From a bacterium (GTDB taxonomy: Bacteria; Sysuimicrobiota; Sysuimicrobiia; Sysuimicrobiales; Humicultoraceae): a stretch of 10,152 nt of DNA. Both the position numbers and the translations under genes were made by a program. Under the pieces are notes generated by a model, which did not search any database, had not been told where the DNA came from, and was given only the letters and a program-made list of their open reading frames with translations. Location: positions 1 to 10,152 of the forward strand of contig JBGQGY010000124.1 in NCBI GenBank assembly GCA_041497675.1. The letters run 5' to 3'. Positions 8,267 through 10,152 of the stretch are shown here, piece by piece (positions within the stretch are counted from its first letter, which is position 1; every line of letters begins with the position of its first letter).

Positions 8267-9058
8267 ATGCCACGATTCCTGCTCGCGGATCCAAAACCGG
8301 CGGTCGTGCTCTTTGGGATGGCGATTGATTCCCTGAGCCTCCCCGAGGCCGTCGACGCCATCATCGGGGCGGCCGGACGCCGCGAGCGGGGATATGTCGT
8401 CACGCCAAACGTGGACCACGTGGTCCGCTACCAGGCCGATAGCGCCTTCCGCGTCGCGTACGCCGGCGCCGCCCTGTGTCTGGCGGACGGGGTCCCGGTC
8501 GTGTGGGCCGCCCGGCTGGTGGGCGCCCCGCTGCGGGGAAGAGTGGCCGGCGCCGACCTGCTCCCGGCGCTCACCGAGGCGGCCGCTGCGCGTGGGTTGT
8601 CGATCTTCCTGCTCGGCGGGGGCGACGGCGTGGCCGCCGCGGCCGCCTCGGCGCTTGCGACCCGGTTCCCAGGGCTTCGGATCGCCGGAACGCACACACC
8701 GCCTCAAGGGTTCGGGGATGATGACGCTGCGACGGCAGCGGCCGTCGCGGCGGTGAACGCGGCAGGGCCTGACCTCCTGTTCGTCGGTTTGGGATCACCC
8801 AAACAGGAACTCTGGGTCCACGGGCAGTGGGACCGGCTGTCGGCGCCGGTCGCGGTCTGCTGTGGGGCCGCCATCGACTATGCCGCTGGGACCAAGACCC
8901 GGGCTCCCGGGTGGATGCGCGGTGCCGGGGTAGAGTGGATCTGGCGTCTGGCCGCCGAGCCCCGGCGGTTGTGGCGCCGCTACCTGGTCAGGGACGCGGC
9001 CTTCGTGGGCATAGTCTTGAAGGAATGGTGGCGTCGACGGGTGAGGGTGTCGAGATGA
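8267..9058 (+). CDS. WecB/TagA/CpsF-family (GT26) glycosyltransferase, 263 aa
   Basis: Motifs VVTPNVDH, LADGVPVVWAAR, RVAGADL, IFLLGG, LFVGLGSPKQE, GAAIDY and RAPGWMRGAGVEWIWRLAAEPRRLWRRYL. Confidence 0.95.
   Translation: MPRFLLADPKPAVVLFGMAIDSLSLPEAVDAIIGAAGRRERGYVVTPNVDHVVRYQADSAFRVAYAGAALCLADGVPVVWAARLVGAPLRGRVAGADLLPALTEAAAARGLSIFLLGGGDGVAAAAASALATRFPGLRIAGTHTPPQGFGDDDAATAAAVAAVNAAGPDLLFVGLGSPKQELWVHGQWDRLSAPVAVCCGAAIDYAAGTKTRAPGWMRGAGVEWIWRLAAEPRRLWRRYLVRDAAFVGIVLKEWWRRRVRVSR
9009..9024 (+). repeat. Near-perfect direct repeat of 8248-8264
   Basis: GCATAGT-CTTGAAGGA (9009-9024) versus GCATAGTGCTTGAAGGA (8248-8264): identical except for one G indel. Confidence 0.7.
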
Positions 9059-10152
9059 ACCAGCGGGTGTTTGCTGCGCCCGCCCGCCGCGGGCTGTCCA
9101 TCGCGGCCTCGGGGGCCATCGCACGCATTACGCTGGCGATCTCCGATGTGGCCGCGCTGGCGATTGCCCTGTCGATCGCTGTCGGTGTCCGCGTCTCGAT
9201 CCTGCCGCGGCTGTCCGCGGCCTTCCAACAGCCGACCTACCCACCGGCACACTACTTCGAACTGTGGTGGTTACCGCTCGTGTATCTCGCCGCGCTCTGG
9301 CACGCCGGTCTGTACACGCGGCGCGATCCATACTGGGAAGAAGTTCGCCGGTGTCTGTCAGGCGTCACAGTGGCGGCGGTGCTGATCTTCGCGGTCCTGT
9401 CGCTCGCGAAGCTCGGCGACGACGCGTCGCGTCCGGTCGTCGTATTGACCTGGGCGGTACTGCTGATCGCGCTGCCGTTCTTGCGGCGCGCGACGAAGCA
9501 GGCCCTGGTGGCGTTGGGTCCCTGGCGACAGCCGGCGTTGATCGTGGGGCGCGGCGCGCAGGTGGCCCTGTTGCACCAGGCGCTCACGCGCGACCGGACA
9601 CTTGGGTACGAGATCGTCGAGGTCATCGCCGACCCGAGGCTCGCCCCCGAGCGGGCGTTGGTCGTGGGCGCCCGGGACGTCATCCTGAGCGCACCACAGC
9701 TGGACCGCGCCGAGTTCCTTCGATTGGTGGAGCGGCTGCGAGATGTCGCCGAGAACGTCATCATCGCCCCGGACCTGGCCGAAGTCCCGGTGCTGGGCGT
9801 TGAAGTGCTGGGTCTGTTTGAAGACCGCGTGATCTTGCTGCGCGTGCCCAACAATCTGCTGAGACCGTGGAACGTGCTGACCAAGCGTGGGTTCGACCTG
9901 GTGGCCGGGGGCATCCTGGCCCTGTTGAGCCTGCCGCTGCTCGCGGTCGCCGCGGTGGTGATCAAGCTGACGTCACCCGGGCCCGTGTTCCACGCTGAAT
10001 CCCGGGTTGGACGCCGCCACCGTCTCTTTCCCTGCTACAAGCTGCGCACGATGTATCGTGATGCTGACGAGCGGCTTCAGGAGTATCTGGCCCTCCACCC
10101 CGATGCGGCCGCCGAGTGGCAGCGGTATTGGAAGTTGCGCGGGCCGGATCCC
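9055..10152 (+). CDS. wbaP: WbaP-like undecaprenyl-phosphate hexose-1-phosphate (probably galactose) phosphotransferase; 3'-truncated by the window edge
   Basis: Absent from the ORF track because it has no stop in the window. ATG 9055 overlaps the GT26 stop (ATGA), and the frame is open to 10152. It has four N-terminal TM helices (ISDVAAL.., GLYTRRDPYWEEVR), then ALIVGRG, LGYEIV, NNLLRPWNVLTKRGFDLV, IKLTSPGPVF, RVG, CYKLRTMYRDADERLQEYL and AAAEWQRYWKL..DP. An in-frame ATG also exists at 9025. Confidence 0.9.
   Translation, partial: MNQRVFAAPARRGLSIAASGAIARITLAISDVAALAIALSIAVGVRVSILPRLSAAFQQPTYPPAHYFELWWLPLVYLAALWHAGLYTRRDPYWEEVRRCLSGVTVAAVLIFAVLSLAKLGDDASRPVVVLTWAVLLIALPFLRRATKQALVALGPWRQPALIVGRGAQVALLHQALTRDRTLGYEIVEVIADPRLAPERALVVGARDVILSAPQLDRAEFLRLVERLRDVAENVIIAPDLAEVPVLGVEVLGLFEDRVILLRVPNNLLRPWNVLTKRGFDLVAGGILALLSLPLLAVAAVVIKLTSPGPVFHAESRVGRRHRLFPCYKLRTMYRDADERLQEYLALHPDAAAEWQRYWKLRGPDP

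Noticed and set aside
8242..8403. N-terminal extension of the GT2 to 8403
   Set aside because: It would overlap the GT26 gene head-to-head. The GT2 domain begins at MKVCAVIAAHNE (8241).
9071..9803. Track ORFs 9071-9385 and 9264-9803 as genes, or as evidence of a frameshifted pseudogene
   Set aside because: They are alternate frames of the uninterrupted wbaP-like frame that starts at 9055.
1..10152. CRISPR array, tRNA/rRNA, IS element, defence system
   Set aside because: I see no periodic repeats, no non-coding space beyond 25 bp, and no transposase, integrase or nuclease motifs.

Overview
GC-rich bacterial surface-glycan (Wzx-type, undecaprenyl-linked) biosynthesis cluster, almost fully coding. 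On the + strand a tightly coupled run encodes a 5'-truncated polytopic GT-C-like membrane protein, a Wzx flippase, UDP-galactopyranose mutase (glf) and three GT4 glycosyltransferases. A single minus-strand CesA-like GT2 gene interrupts the run. The + strand then resumes with a WecB/TagA/CpsF (GT26) glycosyltransferase and a 3'-truncated WbaP-like priming phosphoglycosyltransferase, which is missing from the ORF track. I see no RNA genes, mobile elements or CRISPR array. The notable signals are architectural: (i) a G9 tract at the 5' end of the divergent GT4, a phase-variation candidate; (ii) a 25-bp divergent spacer with overlapping TANNNT -10 boxes on both strands and leaderless geometry for the GT2; (iii) an AT-rich 16-17 bp motif from that spacer that recurs almost exactly at the end of the GT26 gene and degenerately at the other end of the inverted GT2; (iv) an antisense gene embedded in the operon with a 48-bp convergent overlap and no visible terminator. 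These are hypotheses from sequence alone, and the gene content itself is of a familiar type.
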